Both the position numbers and the translations under genes were made by a program. This document shows, piece by piece, positions 1 through 20,251 of a DNA stretch of 64,000 nucleotides. Source of the stretch: the human T2T-CHM13v2.0 reference genome, Homo sapiens; assembly GCF_009914755.1 (NCBI RefSeq), contig NC_060944.1. One strand, 5' to 3'. The first letter of the stretch is position 1, and every line of letters starts with the position of its first letter. Under the pieces are notes generated by a model. That model was not told the origin of the DNA. It did not search any database and saw nothing but the letters and a program-made list of their open reading frames with translations.

Positions 1-101
1 TGCAACCAGTAGGAATAATGCAAATAGTACAAAATCTGAAAAATACCTAAATCTGAAACACTTCTGGTCCCAAGCATTTCAGATAAGGAATACTCAACCT
101 G
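1..101 (+). mobile_element. Tigger4/MER46 DNA transposon end (cut by window edge)
   Basis: Ends in CCCAAGCATTTCAGATAAGGAATACTCAACCTG, the Tigger4-type terminal inverted repeat (TIR). Confidence 0.75.
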
Positions 102-216
102 AACCTAGCAAATATCATTTGAAAAAATAATATCTTAATCTGTCTCTTCAAGTAAAAGTATTATTTAAATAGTGAGTGAAAAAGGAACTACTTCTTTTCT
201 TAGAAAGAAATGTGCA

Positions 217-2140
<1,924 letters not shown>

Positions 2141-2334
2141 ATCTGACTGTGATTTTGTTGCATCTATAAAATTCTCATAATTTGACACATGAAAACCTTA
2201 GAAACAATTTTGTAACCTAATAAAAATCTCCAAATGTGTTTCTAAAAACATTTCCAGATGATCTAATGAAGTAAAGAATCTAGGCATTGGTCACCAGTGG
2301 CTGTTAAAACCATTAGGGAACTTTATAATAAAGG

Positions 2335-3345
2335 GATCAGTGTGACAATCTTCTGATCAATCATAACATCTCTAAAATTGGGACAACCAAATCTTATATT
2401 CTTTCTATGTGATACTAGGAAGAACATATCATTCATGAAATAGTCTTGCTTGCCCCAACAAACAGAGTCAAACCTTCCTCTGATTAGTGTAGATCTGATT
2501 ACTGGTTTATAGGATATAATTGGCAAATTTAGAATGTGAAAAATATTATAGGACAAATGAACCCATTTACCTCAAATGAATGGCAAGAAAAAAAAAGTAC
2601 ACGAACTGCTACAGATTAAAAAAGACTTGAGGCTGGGCGTGGTGGCCCACGCCTGTAATCCCAGCACTTTGGGAGGCCAAGGTGGGTGGATCATGAGGTC
2701 AGGAGTTCGAGAACAGCCTGACCAACATGGTGAAACCCCGTCTCTACTAAAAATACAAAAATTAGCTGGGCGTGGTGGCACGCACCTATAATCCCAGCTA
2801 CTCGGGAGGCTGAGGCAGGAGAATTGCTTGAACCCAGGAGGCGGAGGTTGCAGTGAGATCATGCCACCACACTCCAGTGTGGGCGACAGAGCAAGACTCT
2901 GTCTTGGAAAAAATAAAAAAGACTTGAATGAAACATATTAATTGAACATAAGTATAGATCTTGTTTAGATCCTGTTTCATGCAAACCAACTGTAAAAAGT
3001 TATTTATGAGCCCATTGGGAGTAATTTAAATTTGAAAACCACTTGTATATTAGATGATTTTTAAACAATTTTAATTTTTTAAAGGTTATTATAGTAGTAT
3101 GGTTACATTAAAAAGAAAGACTCCTTTCTCTTACAGATAGGTACTGAAGTATTTTGGATGAAATGATGTTGATATCTGGAATTTGCTTTAAAATAATTCA
3201 GCATGTTTGGAGGATTACAGACGAGACAAGAATTGCCATACGTTGATAATTATTGAAGCTGGATAATAGGTATATAAGGGTTTATTATAGTATTTTCTCT
3301 ACTGTTGTATATGTTTGAGAATTCCCATAGTAAAAAATTAAAAGA
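2335..3345 (+). mobile_element. Old L1 (L1MC/ME-type) 3' end, interrupted by Alu
   Basis: Ends ...ctctactgttgtatatgtttgagaattcccatagtaaaaaa, typical of L1M 3' termini. Confidence 0.6.
2631..2915 (+). mobile_element. AluS
   Basis: Full dimer; TSD aaaaaagacttga. Confidence 0.9.
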
Positions 3346-3409
3346 GAAACCACTGTAAGGGAAGAGTTTTAGTGGATTTCATGTCCATTTGTTAGAAATA
3401 GAAAAATGT

Positions 3410-3762
<353 letters not shown>

Positions 3763-5124
3763 TTAATTTTCAAAAGTATATCACAGAAGATAGATATTTG
3801 CTAGCCATATTTAAAAGGAAATATTTGTATAATGGGGGTGAAAAAATGATTATCACAGTTTAGTAAACACAGCCATAGTGCTTCTTCCTTTGGATTCATG
3901 TTTCTTTTTGGTTATGATAGCATTAAAACTTGGAATCAGGCTTTTAAATTGCTCTATAATATATTAAAATGAGATTTTTCAAACATAATGAGAAATATTT
4001 AATCATATGGATTGCACTAAAATATTTTTAAGATGGGTTTTACATTACTATTTTAATTGATGGAAGTACCATTATTGTGATCATTATGTATTTCATTTGA
4101 AATGTTTTGTAGTATTTATAGGTATTAGTACCTGTGTTCTGTTTATAAATGAACATGTGTTGGGGATGTATACTCTTATTTATTGGTGGATGTGCAGTAA
4201 AAGGTTTGTTTGTGGAGAACGGACTGGGCAGGGTATAGAGACTTATTTGATGTTTATTAGAGCAAATGTGGCCAGTGATGATGGTGTTCTGGATTGGCTT
4301 AGGGTGGGAGGAGTGGTGATAGGGATGGAGATACATGGACAAGTATGATTTAAGCAGTAGAGGCATTAGGGTTCTAGATTTCTGGCTTTTTGGAAGAGAT
4401 GATTGCTAGTTAATGAACTGAGCTTTTGTGTGTGGGAAGAAGTTGAAACCTGGCCCCTGTGAATTGTGCAAGTAGTTCTTAAATATTGATTGACAAATAG
4501 CTTAACGAGCAACTAATTTTCAAATATTGGTTGACAAGTGGCTTATTACAATATTGTAAATGCATTGATACTACCATTAGTAAAGAGAATGTCTTCCTTT
4601 GATAATGTTAGCAGCACTGTTACCAGAGCAGTGTGGGATAGTTCCAGGACTTTCACTGTCTAAAAGGAACTGGAGGCCCAAGCTTTTACGGGGATACTTC
4701 TGCTCTCCTGGTTCCCATGTCCCCAGTGATGTGAATGTCCCTGACTCAGTGCCTCTGCTCACGCTGTCTGTGAGATCACTGCCTTCCAGTGCCTCTTACC
4801 TCTTGGGCCTGCCCACTTTGTTAACAGGGACAGATTTCACAGTGATTTCCAGCCAGTATTTCTCTCTCCCCAGTTTGGGGTGTTAGCTAGAATGGTCCCT
4901 CAAAGCCCTCAAACACGGATGAGAAATAGAAGAAGCTCAGGGAGACTATACCTGGGCTAGGTTCTTGCTACCAGCTGGTGGAAGACAAAGAAAACCCCTT
5001 TTCTTCCTGTATTTCATGCCCAGTGAGCAGTAGTGCCATCAGCAGCAGTTGTGAACCCCTAAATCAGTGATTCTCAATATGACTGACATGGTGGGGAAGA
5101 CGTAAGTTTGAAAATGCATTTTCA

Positions 5125-5428
<304 letters not shown>

Positions 5429-6741
5429 GGTTTGTTAGTGTTTGTCTCAAAATTTTGCTTAATTTAAAATTATGTATATATTTGAATAATATGTGTCCAT
5501 GTTAATAGTTCTAAAAGTATATATAGTATATATAGTAAAAGGTAGTTTTCTCTCCCCCTGCCTTTCAGCTTTCCCTTTCCATAGGCATCCACAAGTACTA
5601 TGAGCAATACTTGTGAAACCATGCTGAAATACTACATGCTCATAAAATGTAAGTTACTTAAGTTTGGTATTTCAAGTAACAATAAGGGAAGATAGGAGAG
5701 TTTTATGTTTATCAAAAGGGGTGAATGTTATAGCAGATTGAGATGAGATGTTCTTACCTTTGGGTGGGATCTTAAGTGGAGCTCAATTCGGTTTCCCCAA
5801 TGTTAGTGGGAGAGATTACTTAAACCATCCATACTTATCCAGTTGTACTTGGTAAGTTTTCAAAGGTTCTACTTTGAAGAGGGCTTTTGTTGAGCAAGTA
5901 GTGGTTAATAGAGCAGCTCAGTTACATGTGTAAGTTTTTTGATGTGGGAAAAGGGCTTTTGTATACAGAAGGACTATTTTAAAATTATTTGGGCTTTAAA
6001 TTAACATGTATTAAAGTGGTAAATTTAAAACCCAGTTTTCTTTTAGTCTTGTTATTGTACTTGTAAGCATAGGCATTTTGTATAGAAATAAGAATAGTAA
6101 TTTTCACCTGCTTGTCAATTAAGTTAATATAAATTTAACAGATTTAATTGCTCCAGGCCCCTTACTTAGTGAATTAAATTTCCTTAGATGTTTAAAATAC
6201 ATTTACACAGTCAGTCTGTCAGGCACAGTCAGTCCTTGACAGGTCAGAGTTACCACCTTAAACAGAAACTTCTTAAGCTCTTGGGCAATCTGTGATACTA
6301 AGAAATTAAATTTGTAAATGTAGTAAAACAGGTTTTGGTTAAGACTTCCAGTGCTTTTCATTAGCTGAATCTGAATTACCAACATTTAAAAAACACATAC
6401 CCTAAACTTAACGCAAAAGTACTACTAGTACCATGAGTTTGATATACCATACCTCATTTTATTGCTCATGTCTTTTCTTTCTGGGATTGTGATGCCACTT
6501 ACCCAATTAAGGAGGACAGTTTTATCATCTCAGAAAGCCATGGTTATCAGATTAAAAATACAGAATCATGATACAGTTATTATTGGTCAGAGATTTGAGA
6601 CTGGGAAAGGGAACTAAGGGGTCTGTGTTTCCAGGATAATTCTACTCAAGAGATGCTGTGCCTTTCCTTATGTTAAGAGTCCTGAATGTGGCATCAAAGG
6701 GGGAATCCATGTTCAGAGTTTGTTTTGCAACCCCCCATACC

Positions 6742-7043
6742 TTTTTTTGAGACAGGATCTTGGTAGGTTGCCCATGCTGGTGTGCAGTGGTGCAATCATG
6801 GCTCACTGCAGCCTTGACCTCCTGGGCTCAAGTGATCCTCCCGCCTCAGCCTCCTGAGTAAGTAGCTGGGACCACAGATGTACGTCATCATGCCCAGCTA
6901 ATTTTTTGATTTTTTTTTTTTTTTTGTAGAGATGAGGCCTCACTATGAGCCTAGGATGATCTCAAATTCCTGGCCTCAAACAGTCCTCCCGCCTCAGCCT
7001 GCCCAAGTGCTGGGATTACAGGCATAAGCCACCATGCCTGGCC
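6742..7043 (-). mobile_element. AluJ
   Basis: Antisense J-type Alu. Confidence 0.9.
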
Positions 7044-7159
7044 TTTTCTTCAAAAATAACCCTTCAATCAATTTTTTTTTTCCTGGTCAAATTGGATTTT
7101 GTGTTTCTTTTATATATTCCTTGTCAGGCCCTACAGTTATTTTAATTTTGGGTGTTGGA

Positions 7160-7370
7160 TAGACTAGGGTTCATATTCCATGCCTGCCATGCTTTTTGTG
7201 AACTTGGGCAAAATAGTTAGCTCTTCTGAGACTCACTTTTGTCACCTAGTAAATGGGTTCAGCTGTAGTACTCTATGTATTTGTTTGTTTTAAGCATTAG
7301 ATAGTGCGTGGTAAATGCTTAGCACAGTTCTTAGCACATAGTAAATCTTTAATAAATGTTAGAAAATATA
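7160..7370 (+). mobile_element. MIR
   Basis: MIR core (tgtgaacttgggcaa...ctcttctgagactca...taaatgcttagcacag). Confidence 0.7.
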
Positions 7371-7599
7371 ATGATCTTGATTCTCTGTCTTCCCTCCCTA
7401 GTAGTTGATTTGGGGCACAGTGTAGCATTATTTGAATTATCACAGAATAACTTTTTACCTTTCTGATTTTAACAGGGGAGAGTGTGTAAAGGATGGGAGA
7501 GGGAAGAGAGAAAAAAGCTGAGTAAATGTGATCAACTTTACAGTCTTTATTCCCTGAACTATCTTTCCCTGAGTTATGTGACACATTCTCCTTGTTTTC

Positions 7600-8450
7600 C
7601 TCTTTCTATCTTTGTGGCCACTCCTCAGTTCCCTAGGCCCCTCTTCTTTGACCACTCCTTGTTTGAGTTACCAAAGATTCCATCTCTGGCCTTCTTGTGT
7701 TGATTCTACACGTTCTTCCTGGAAGCACATGTCCATGGTTTCAGCTTCCTTGCTAATTAGGAGAAACTTTGTCCTCAGAACCCATCTGGATTACAGCCAA
7801 CAGCCTACTGGTCTCCATTGGGCTATCTCCCAGGTACCTATAACAGTCTCAGAACTGACTCATCTTCCTTTTCAGCGTGTTATTTTTATAATCTCTATCT
7901 TGATGAATGGCACAACACAGTGACCCAAACTGGAAACTTGAATGTTGTTCATCTGGTTGGTGATCTGTTCCTAACTGTTTTACATCTGTAACATTTCTCA
8001 AATTTGCCTATTTTCCACCATTTCTCCTATCCCTTAATTCAGGCTGCTTCTCACCTAGATGACTGCTGCAGGTTCCCTTGTTGTCTACTCATTATTAGTT
8101 TCTCATTCCAAGTCATTGATTAGATGGCTGCCAAAAGTGATCTCTTTAACTTCCCAACTTTAGATTCTGTGAATAAAATCCAAACTCCTTAACAGAGCAG
8201 GCCCTCATGATCCAACTCCTCTTAACGTTGGTAGCCTTATCTTTTCTCTGAGCCCACTGCCGCTTGATCCTTGGTGGTGCTGTGCTCTTTCTTGCTCTCT
8301 GTCTTTGGTTGGACTGCCCACCTCCCTCCTTCTTACTTGACATTATAATTTATCAGATAGAGATCAGCTCCTCCAGTCAGCATTTCCTTACTGACTACTC
8401 CAAGTCTGACCCAGTGTAGATTCTGTGCTTATATCTGTCAAGTCACTTAT
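7600..8450 (+). mobile_element. L2 fragment
   Basis: L2 3' motifs (aactgactcatcttcc; aataaaatccaaactccttaac). Confidence 0.65.
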
Positions 8451-8555
8451 TGTATGATAATTCATACACTTATATGATAATTCACACATTGGCATGTGTA
8501 GATTAAACATTTATAGTCTCAGAAGGATCCTGATAGTCCAAAAGGTATAGTAATG

Positions 8556-9198
<643 letters not shown>

Positions 9199-9206
9199 TC
9201 ACATTA

Positions 9207-9629
9207 TAGATGGTCCCTGATTTATGATGGTTCAACTTATGATTTTTATACTATGATGGTGGGAAAGCTGGTGTGATATACGTATTCAGTAGAAATTGTA
9301 CTTCCAATTTTGAAATTTGATCTTTTCCCAGGCTAGTGATATGCAGTGTGACAATTTCTCATGGTGCTGGGCAGAAGCATTGACCCACACCTCCCAGTCA
9401 GCCATGTGATCAGGAGGGTAAATGAGTATACTCCATGGTGTACTGTGTTGCCAGGTGATTCTGCTCAACTGTATGCTAATGTGAGTGTTCTGAACACATT
9501 TAAGGTAGGCTAGGCTAACTATGGCATTCGGTAGGTAAAGTGTGTTAAATGCATTTCCTACTTAAACGATATTTTCAGTTTATGGTGGGTATATTGGAAT
9601 ATAGCCCCATTGTAGGGCAAGGAGCATCT
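9207..9629 (+). mobile_element. MER6-family (TcMar-Tigger) element
   Basis: AGATGGTCCCTGATTTATGATGG start, AGGAGCATCT end, aaggtaggctaggcta core. Confidence 0.75.
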
Positions 9630-9974
9630 TTATTTACCCAGTTGAGTTTAGTGGCAGCAGAACTAAGTTCGGTTTAGCTGTTCAGTGAGCCAAGCCTCAC
9701 TTAGCATCTAATTCTGTCTTTATTTTCTGCTTTAGATAGGCCACAGCTCTCCTGAAGGGATTAAGACTTTCTGTGTGAAAAATGGTATTCAGAAGGAAGC
9801 CAGCATTAATTCTGTTTTTATACATTTATGAAGATTTGAAGGAATTTCACTGTCAATTCTGTCTTAATTGTATTCTGTATAATAAATCATAATGGTATCC
9901 AACGGCTCTTGAAAGGTTTGGTTTTTGTGAACATTTCTTTGAATGTCAAAGTTGTATTAGTTTGTTTCTCAATT

Positions 9975-10075
9975 AAACTGGGTGCTCTTTGAGGGCAGGG
10001 ATTTATGGGACTTGTTTGTTTTGCAGTTTTATATCTCCAGCTGCTAATGCAGTGCCTGGTTTGTAGTAGGAATGA
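9975..10075 (+). mobile_element. L2 3' end fragment
   Basis: ctctttgagggcaggga...cagtgcctggtttgtagtagg. Confidence 0.55.
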
Positions 10076-11319
10076 GAGATTTACTCCAATAGAACCATAC
10101 TAAAGATCTTACACTTATGGATTACAGTTGATAGCTTTGTAGAGTGAACTGGTATTCCCTTTAAATGAGACGACATGACCTGAGTATAAAGTATAATCAA
10201 CTACATGACTCCAGCAAGAATACCATGTGTCCCTCAGATAGCATAGCTGGCAGATGGAGTTATGCACATCAACTGGACATTTAAGACAGCTGGAGATTTC
10301 TTACATTTAGATGACAGTTTAGATTAGAAATATTTAATCTTAGCTGTACTTAATATATTATGTAGCTATATGATACATCATGTATATATGGTATATCATA
10401 TATATCATATATTTAATCACATTTAATCCTTAGCTATATTTTCATCCCCAAAATGGTATATGGATCTGTTTTTATTGTCAGCTGGTTATTTATTGTTGCT
10501 TATCCATGGCTCATGAAAATCTTCATGTTACTTGGGAAATCTTTCACTCTGCCTTTTGAAGGACAGCCCAGAACCATTTCCTTCTTGGCACATGACCTTC
10601 TAACCCAGTGACCAAAGAGTATGTAAAAGCATGGTACACACTGCTTTTGAAGATTACGTGTGTCTATTCTAGATGTGTCTTATTTCTTGCAGATATATTG
10701 CCTACAAAGATTTTGATATATATATATACAGTAGACTATACTATATAATTAATATTTATACCAGATATTAAATATATAAGCATTCTACTAGAACTAAAGT
10801 TAAGAATTTGAAATAGTCTCATGTGAGTAATTAAAATAACAATAGCATCTTTTTCAAGAAAGTTTTTTTTAATATGGTGGAGATAATGACATGGAAAAAA
10901 GTAGTTAATTATTTTTGGTATTCCCGTATTTCATCAGTAGGTTGCCATAGAACATAATAGTTATATAATCAAACAGCAGAATAATTTTATATGAGGTTTA
11001 TTGATACAGAAATGTTTGGTTCAGTGTTTGTCTTCCAGTTTTGCAGATTTTCTTTTCGATTTTAAAACTGGAGAATACATTAAAACCAGAAACTTTCAGC
11101 CTCTATAATGCCCTCAAAACTCAGCAGGTTTTGAAAATGCCTCTTCCTTCTCTTCTCCTCCCCATAATCCTGCTTATTTTTGGCATTAAGTGAGTCAGGG
11201 GTTCCAAACCCAAATACGTTTTTCAAGGCTATGTAGTCAGTGTGAATGAGAGAAGTAAATCTGTTGGGTCCTGTGCCACACTGGAGTTTCCAAGGCTGGT
11301 CTAAATGAGTTCAACTTCA

Positions 11320-11453
11320 GTTTTTTTGTGTTTTTTTAGAGATGGAGTCTTGCTGTGTTGCTTGAGCTGGTCTTGAACTCCCGGGCTCAAGTGATCTTCC
11401 AGCCTTGGCCTCCCAAGGTGCTAGAATTATAGGCATGAGCCACTGTGCTGGCC
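11320..11453 (-). mobile_element. FLAM (Alu monomer)
   Basis: Single left-arm-type monomer. Confidence 0.8.
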
Positions 11454-11551
11454 AATTTTTTTTTTTTTAGCCCACTGTGCTACCAGTTTGTGATCTTCAC
11501 TTTAACTGTGAAAGGACTGTCAAAGATTGTACGTATAAGATTTAGTTTGAG

Positions 11552-11853
<302 letters not shown>

Positions 11854-11919
11854 TAGTTTGTCTTTCTCTTTGAAACTGAATTCATTAAACAAAAGCCTAA
11901 ATAACTATACTATTACTTG

Positions 11920-12230
<311 letters not shown>

Positions 12231-12357
12231 TACTACATATTCTTTTAGACCCAGCTGAAATATCACGTAATTGCTGAAGGCTCCTGAACTCTTCCAGATC
12301 AGGGATTGATTTTCCTCATTTTAAGATTGTCATGACAACTGTAGTATTGATAACTGT

Positions 12358-12674
12358 ATTTTATTTTATTTTATTTTTTTTGAGACAGAGTGTTGCTCTG
12401 TCACCCAGGCTGGAGTGCAATGGCACGATCCTGGCTCACTGCAAACTTAGCCTCCTGCGTTCAAGCAATTCTCGTGCCTCAGCCTCCCAAGTAGCTGGGA
12501 TTACAGATGTGCACCACCAAACACCTGGAATTAGTCTGGCTAATTTTTGAAGTTTTAGTGGAGATGGGGTTTCCCCATCTTGGCCAGGCTGTTCTCGAAC
12601 TCCTGCCTCAAGTGATCCACCTGCCTTGGCCTTCCAAAGTGCTGGGATTACAGGTGTGAGCTACCGCACCCGGC
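12358..12674 (-). mobile_element. AluS
   Basis: Antisense dimer. Confidence 0.9.
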
Positions 12675-12923
12675 TTATTAACCAATTTTTAATGTTCAGC
12701 ACAACTTGATCATGATGTACAATGTCTTTTTTATGTTATGTGTTGATGGAGTCAAATTACCGATATTTTGGTTCAGTTTTTTCAATAAGAGATCAGGCTA
12801 TTTTCTGATTTTCATTCTGTTTTTTTCTTTGATCTGTATGTATTTATAAGTGTCTCTTATTTTCAAATAGGTTTTTTCTAGTTATCTTTTTGTAACGGAT
12901 TTATAGATTATACATTGTGGTTA

Positions 12924-13329
<406 letters not shown>

Positions 13330-14190
13330 CTAGTTTACCCAGATTCCACAGGTTGTTAATGTTGTACAATTGCGTCTTCTCTTTCTCACTTCACCCATCT
13401 ATGTAATTTTTCTGAATCATTTGAGAAATAAGTTGCAAACATAATGCTGTATTACCCATAAATCAGGGTGTGTTTCCTGAAAACAAGGATACTCTCCTAT
13501 AAAATCAGGAAATAAATATTGATATAATACTGCCATCTGATTCACAGACCCTACTCAAATTTCACTGATCTTCCAATTATGTCTTTTATAGCAAAAACAA
13601 AACAACAGAAACCAACAAAATTCCCTCAAGAAAACAAAAGCAGAAAAACTTCCCTTTCCCCTTCACTTATTTCTGATTCAGGGACCATTCAGGATTATGC
13701 CTTGCGTTTAGTTGTCATGTCTGTTCAGTCTCTTTTAATCTAGAATAGTTCTCAGTCTTTCCTTATTTTCAGTGATCCTAATATTTTTGAAGAGTAGAGA
13801 ATTATTTTGTAGCAAGTCCCACAATTTGGGTTAGTCTGATGTTTCCTTTTGAATAGATTTAGGTTATGCATTTGTGGCAGGAATACCAAAGACACGATAT
13901 TATGTTCTTCTCACTGCATCGTATCAAGAGGTTCATGTCAATTTGTCCAATTACTGGTTATGTTTAATTTTACCACTTGGTTAAGATGTTGGCTGGCAAG
14001 TTTTTGTAAAATTAGTTTAGAGGTATTTCATACTTACTGGTTAGTAAGTAATAATGCATTTTGTGGGGTGATGCTTTGAGACTATATAAATAGCTTATTT
14101 CTCATCAAATTTTTGCTTGCTAGTTTTACCATCCATTGGTGATTTGTGCCTGAATCAGTTATTATAGTGGTTGCTAGATGGTAAATTTAA

Positions 14191-14534
<344 letters not shown>

Positions 14535-14754
14535 AATCACTTGCTATTTCACTCTAAGGAAAAGCTTTCTCTCTCTGGTTTTTGTCTTTGTTTTTGTTTG
14601 TTTAAAAATCTTTTAAACATATGAGCACAGCCTCATTGATTCTTATTTTGTTCCTTTTTCATGTATTTTTTGATATTCAAATTGTCCCAAATTTGGCCAG
14701 TGGGAACCCTTTCAGGCTGGCTCCTGTGTCCTTTTTCCATGTCCTCATCATTCT

Positions 14755-15745
<991 letters not shown>

Positions 15746-15914
15746 TCAGTCGTGGAATCAATAATTTTATCAGGGAACCCTGGTTCCTTTTATTAGTGAA
15801 TGTACTTAGAAAATAAAATATGTGCACTACTAGATATGTTCTTTCTATTGGGGTGTTCTTCCTTTTAGGCTCTATGTGAGGAGAGAACTAGAATATTGTT
15901 TTAAAATGTACCAG

Positions 15915-16120
15915 GTAATCCCAGCACTTTGGTAGGCTGAGGCAGGCAAGGCTGGCAGATCACTTGAGATCAGGAGTTCGAGACCAGCTTGGCCAACATG
16001 ATGAAACCCCATCTCTACCAAAAAACACAAAAAGTAGCCAGGCGTGGTGACACGCACCTATAGTCCTAGCTAGAGTGAGATAGAGTGAGACCCTGACTTA
16101 AAAAAATAAACAAATAAATA
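15915..16120 (+). mobile_element. Internally deleted Alu
   Basis: Left arm and linker joined directly to 3' end. Confidence 0.85.
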
Positions 16121-16149
16121 AAATATACTGGAATTTAATTTATAGGTAT

Positions 16150-16295
16150 GAATGACACAGAGAGGCCAATATTATTGAAAATGTGTTACTCACAGTTCTT
16201 CTGAAACAGCAGGCGCACCATACTATGCAGGACCACATGGGGAAGCACCAGGGTGGGTCAGGAGGCAGAAGGAACCAGAGGAAAGGATGGGTGAG
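16150..16295. mobile_element. ERVL-class LTR fragment (MER76-like)
   Basis: ttactcacagttc...ggggaagcaccagggtgggtcaggaggcaga resembles recalled MER76. Confidence 0.45.
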
Positions 16296-16508
16296 TTTTT
16301 TTTTTGTTAAAGTGCTAGAAAGTTGTTAGGTGGGACATCCCCTATTGAGCAGAAAGAGAAACACAAATGTTGAGATTTGTGGTTGGACGGTTTGTAATAT
16401 GATTTTTGTGTAGCCTCAAAAACACAGAGATGGTATGAATGTAAACAACTTTGGTCGTTAATTTGGCCCATCCTTTCAAGATGCCAAATCATCAATTACA
16501 GAATATCA

Positions 16509-17006
<498 letters not shown>

Positions 17007-17019
17007 TCATTCATTAATT

Positions 17020-17157
17020 CTTTAGATGGGGTCTTGCCCTGTCACCCAGGCGGTAGCGCAGTGACACGATTATAGCTCACTGTTGCCTCAAGCCATCCTC
17101 TCGCCTCAGACTCCTGAGTATCTGGGACCATACAGGCACGTGCCACTGTGCTTGGCT
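17020..17157 (-). mobile_element. Alu right-arm monomer (FRAM/AluJ, deleted)
   Basis: Degenerate antisense monomer. Confidence 0.75.
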
Positions 17158-17407
17158 CTCACATTGTCCTTTTTACTCACCTTCCTGTTGGTGACAATCT
17201 CCTGACTATGTAGGCCATTTTCTTGCCCCCAGCCCCACTGAATGAGCTGGCTGATCACTCCTTCAAGTTCCATGAGCCATTGTTACATACAGGTAGTACT
17301 CAGTTTGCTTGGTTTTGATATTCATAAATTTCCATTGCTGTGGTTTAATTAAATAATGCCAGTCCTCAAATAGCAGTTAATGAAATACAAAATATAACCT
17401 GTGATCA

Positions 17408-17778
<371 letters not shown>

Positions 17779-17807
17779 CTAGACATCATTCAGTTGGAGC
17801 TAGCCTA

Positions 17808-18115
17808 ATTTTGTTTTTTTTGTTTTGTTTTGTTTTGAGATGGAGTCTTGCTCTGTTGCCCAGGCTAGAGTGCAGTGGCGCGATCTCGGCTCACTGTGAC
17901 CTCTGCCTCCTGGTTCAAGTGATTCTCCTGCCTCAGCCTCCAGAGTAGCTGGGATTACAGGCGCGCGACACCACACCTCGCTAATTTTTGTATTTTTGGT
18001 AGAGACAGGGTTTCACCATCTTGGCCAGACTGGCCTCGAACTCCTGACCTTGTGATCCACCTGCTTCGGCCTCCCAAATTGCTGGGATTACAGGCATGAG
18101 CCACCGCACCCAGCC
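17808..18115 (-). mobile_element. AluS
   Basis: Antisense dimer. Confidence 0.9.
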
Positions 18116-18730
18116 TTTTTTTTTCCCTTGAGGAGAATTACAGTCTGCACTGCTCTCAGCTGAACTTTACACAGCTTTTACATTTCCCTCTGTCAGTTCC
18201 TCTTGTAATGGTGGGTGGGTAGCTGAAGGGAGGATATGTACAATAATGTATTTTTAGTTCCTTTGAACAGAGAGGTTGCTTCAGCCATTGCTATTGATGG
18301 CAGGAAGTATATTTATAGCTCCAGGGAAGGAGGGGTAGTACGACTGCTGGTTTAAGAAAACCTGGGAGATTGTATTTAATATATGTTGTTAAAACTCATT
18401 TGTACTTTATTGTAAGTTCTTGCCTTAGAAATGCAGCTGAGATGAATGAACCTGTTACTTATGTTATATTGTTACTTATGTTATATATGTTATATGTATT
18501 ATTGTAAGTATATTGACTCTGCTCCCTAATTTGGAAAAATCTTCCGTTTTGAAATTTTACAATATACAATACCTAAAACAAAGAGTACTTCTAGAGCATA
18601 CAGGATGTATGTGGAGAATTCAGGTGTTAGCATGCAATTGAACAGTAAAGATACTGACTAGCAGTATAAATATCGTCCCCATTTAGATATTTTATTCATA
18701 AAGTTCTTGTTGGTGTAGCTTTTATTGTGA

Positions 18731-19031
<301 letters not shown>

Positions 19032-19759
19032 AATTGTGATTTTTTTAAAGATTGAAACCAAAATATTTTATACAGATCATAAGATATTCTTGGTAAACAC
19101 TAAGCACCTCATAACTTTACCACAATTTTGATTGCACAACTTTCACCTGTGGTTATCATGTGCAATGGGCACATTCAACACAAATCAAATTATTCTGAAG
19201 CTTGCTTTCTTTCTTTTTTCCCTACTCCCTTTCTTAATTGAGGGGAGCAAAAAGTTGGTTTCCAGGGATATGTCTTCTCTCTTATGCTGGTCCCAGATTG
19301 ATGCAGTCATGGAAACTAGGCAGTAAACTCATTCTTGGCAGCTGCCGGCACTGGTCTGATTCTTTCTTTTAAAAGCATGAGATTCTTTAATAACACATAT
19401 TGGAAAGATTGATGCCAAGTGATTCCAGGTCATCCTAGAGGAGGCTTGGGAACATTGTTGAATAGATTTAAATGATTCAGTTAAGTGAGTGATTTAACCC
19501 AAGGTTTGTGTCTAATTTAAACAGGACCTATAAAATATAGAACAATTGGTTTGTTTCTTTTTTAGAATATTGAAGATTAGATTTTAATTTGAGAATTTTA
19601 CTAATTTGAGGGTTTTATTTTTTGTTTTTAAGCGTTCAAAATGTTGAATTGTAGATATGCTGAGTTTTATAATGAGCACAATGAAGGTTTTTCAACTGGC
19701 CCGTTAAAGCCAACCCACTAATGAAATGAAAATATGAAATATTATGACTCCATAATATT

Positions 19760-20225
19760 TCATGGATTTTGAAGCTGGGCTGCCTGGGTTCAAATCCCAT
19801 CTCTGCTACTTTTTGGGTACGTAACCTTGTGCCAGTTACTTAACCTCTCTGTGCCTCAGTTTCTTCATCTGCAAAATGGGAGATAGTGCAGTTTGAGTGT
19901 TCCTAATCTGAAATCTGAAATGCTCCAAAATCTGAAACTTTTTGAATGCCTACATGACTGCTCAAAGGAAATGCTTATTCCATGGAGCATTTGGATTTCG
20001 GATTTTTGGGTTAAGAATGCTCAATTGGTAAGTAAGTGTAATGCAAATATTCCAACATCTTTAAAAACCTGAAATCCAAACCACGTCTGGTTCCAAGCAT
20101 TTTGGATAAGGGATACTCAACCTGTAAATAATGTCTGTTTCATGGGGTTGTGATGTGGAGTAAGTGAGCAAAGTTGTGTAATGTGCCTAGCTTATAGGGA
20201 ACACTTAGCAAATGTTGGCTATTCC
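19760..20225 (+). mobile_element. MIR split by Tigger4
   Basis: cctgggttcaaatccc...ttaacctctctgtgcctcagtttcttcatctgcaaaatggg, resuming after 20126. Confidence 0.8.
19889..20124 (+). mobile_element. Tigger4a/MER46A MITE, complete
   Basis: TIRs CAGTTTGAGTGTTCCT ... AGGGATACTCAACCTG followed by TA. Confidence 0.82.
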
Positions 20226-20251
20226 ATTTATATATAAGAAATAGAATTATT

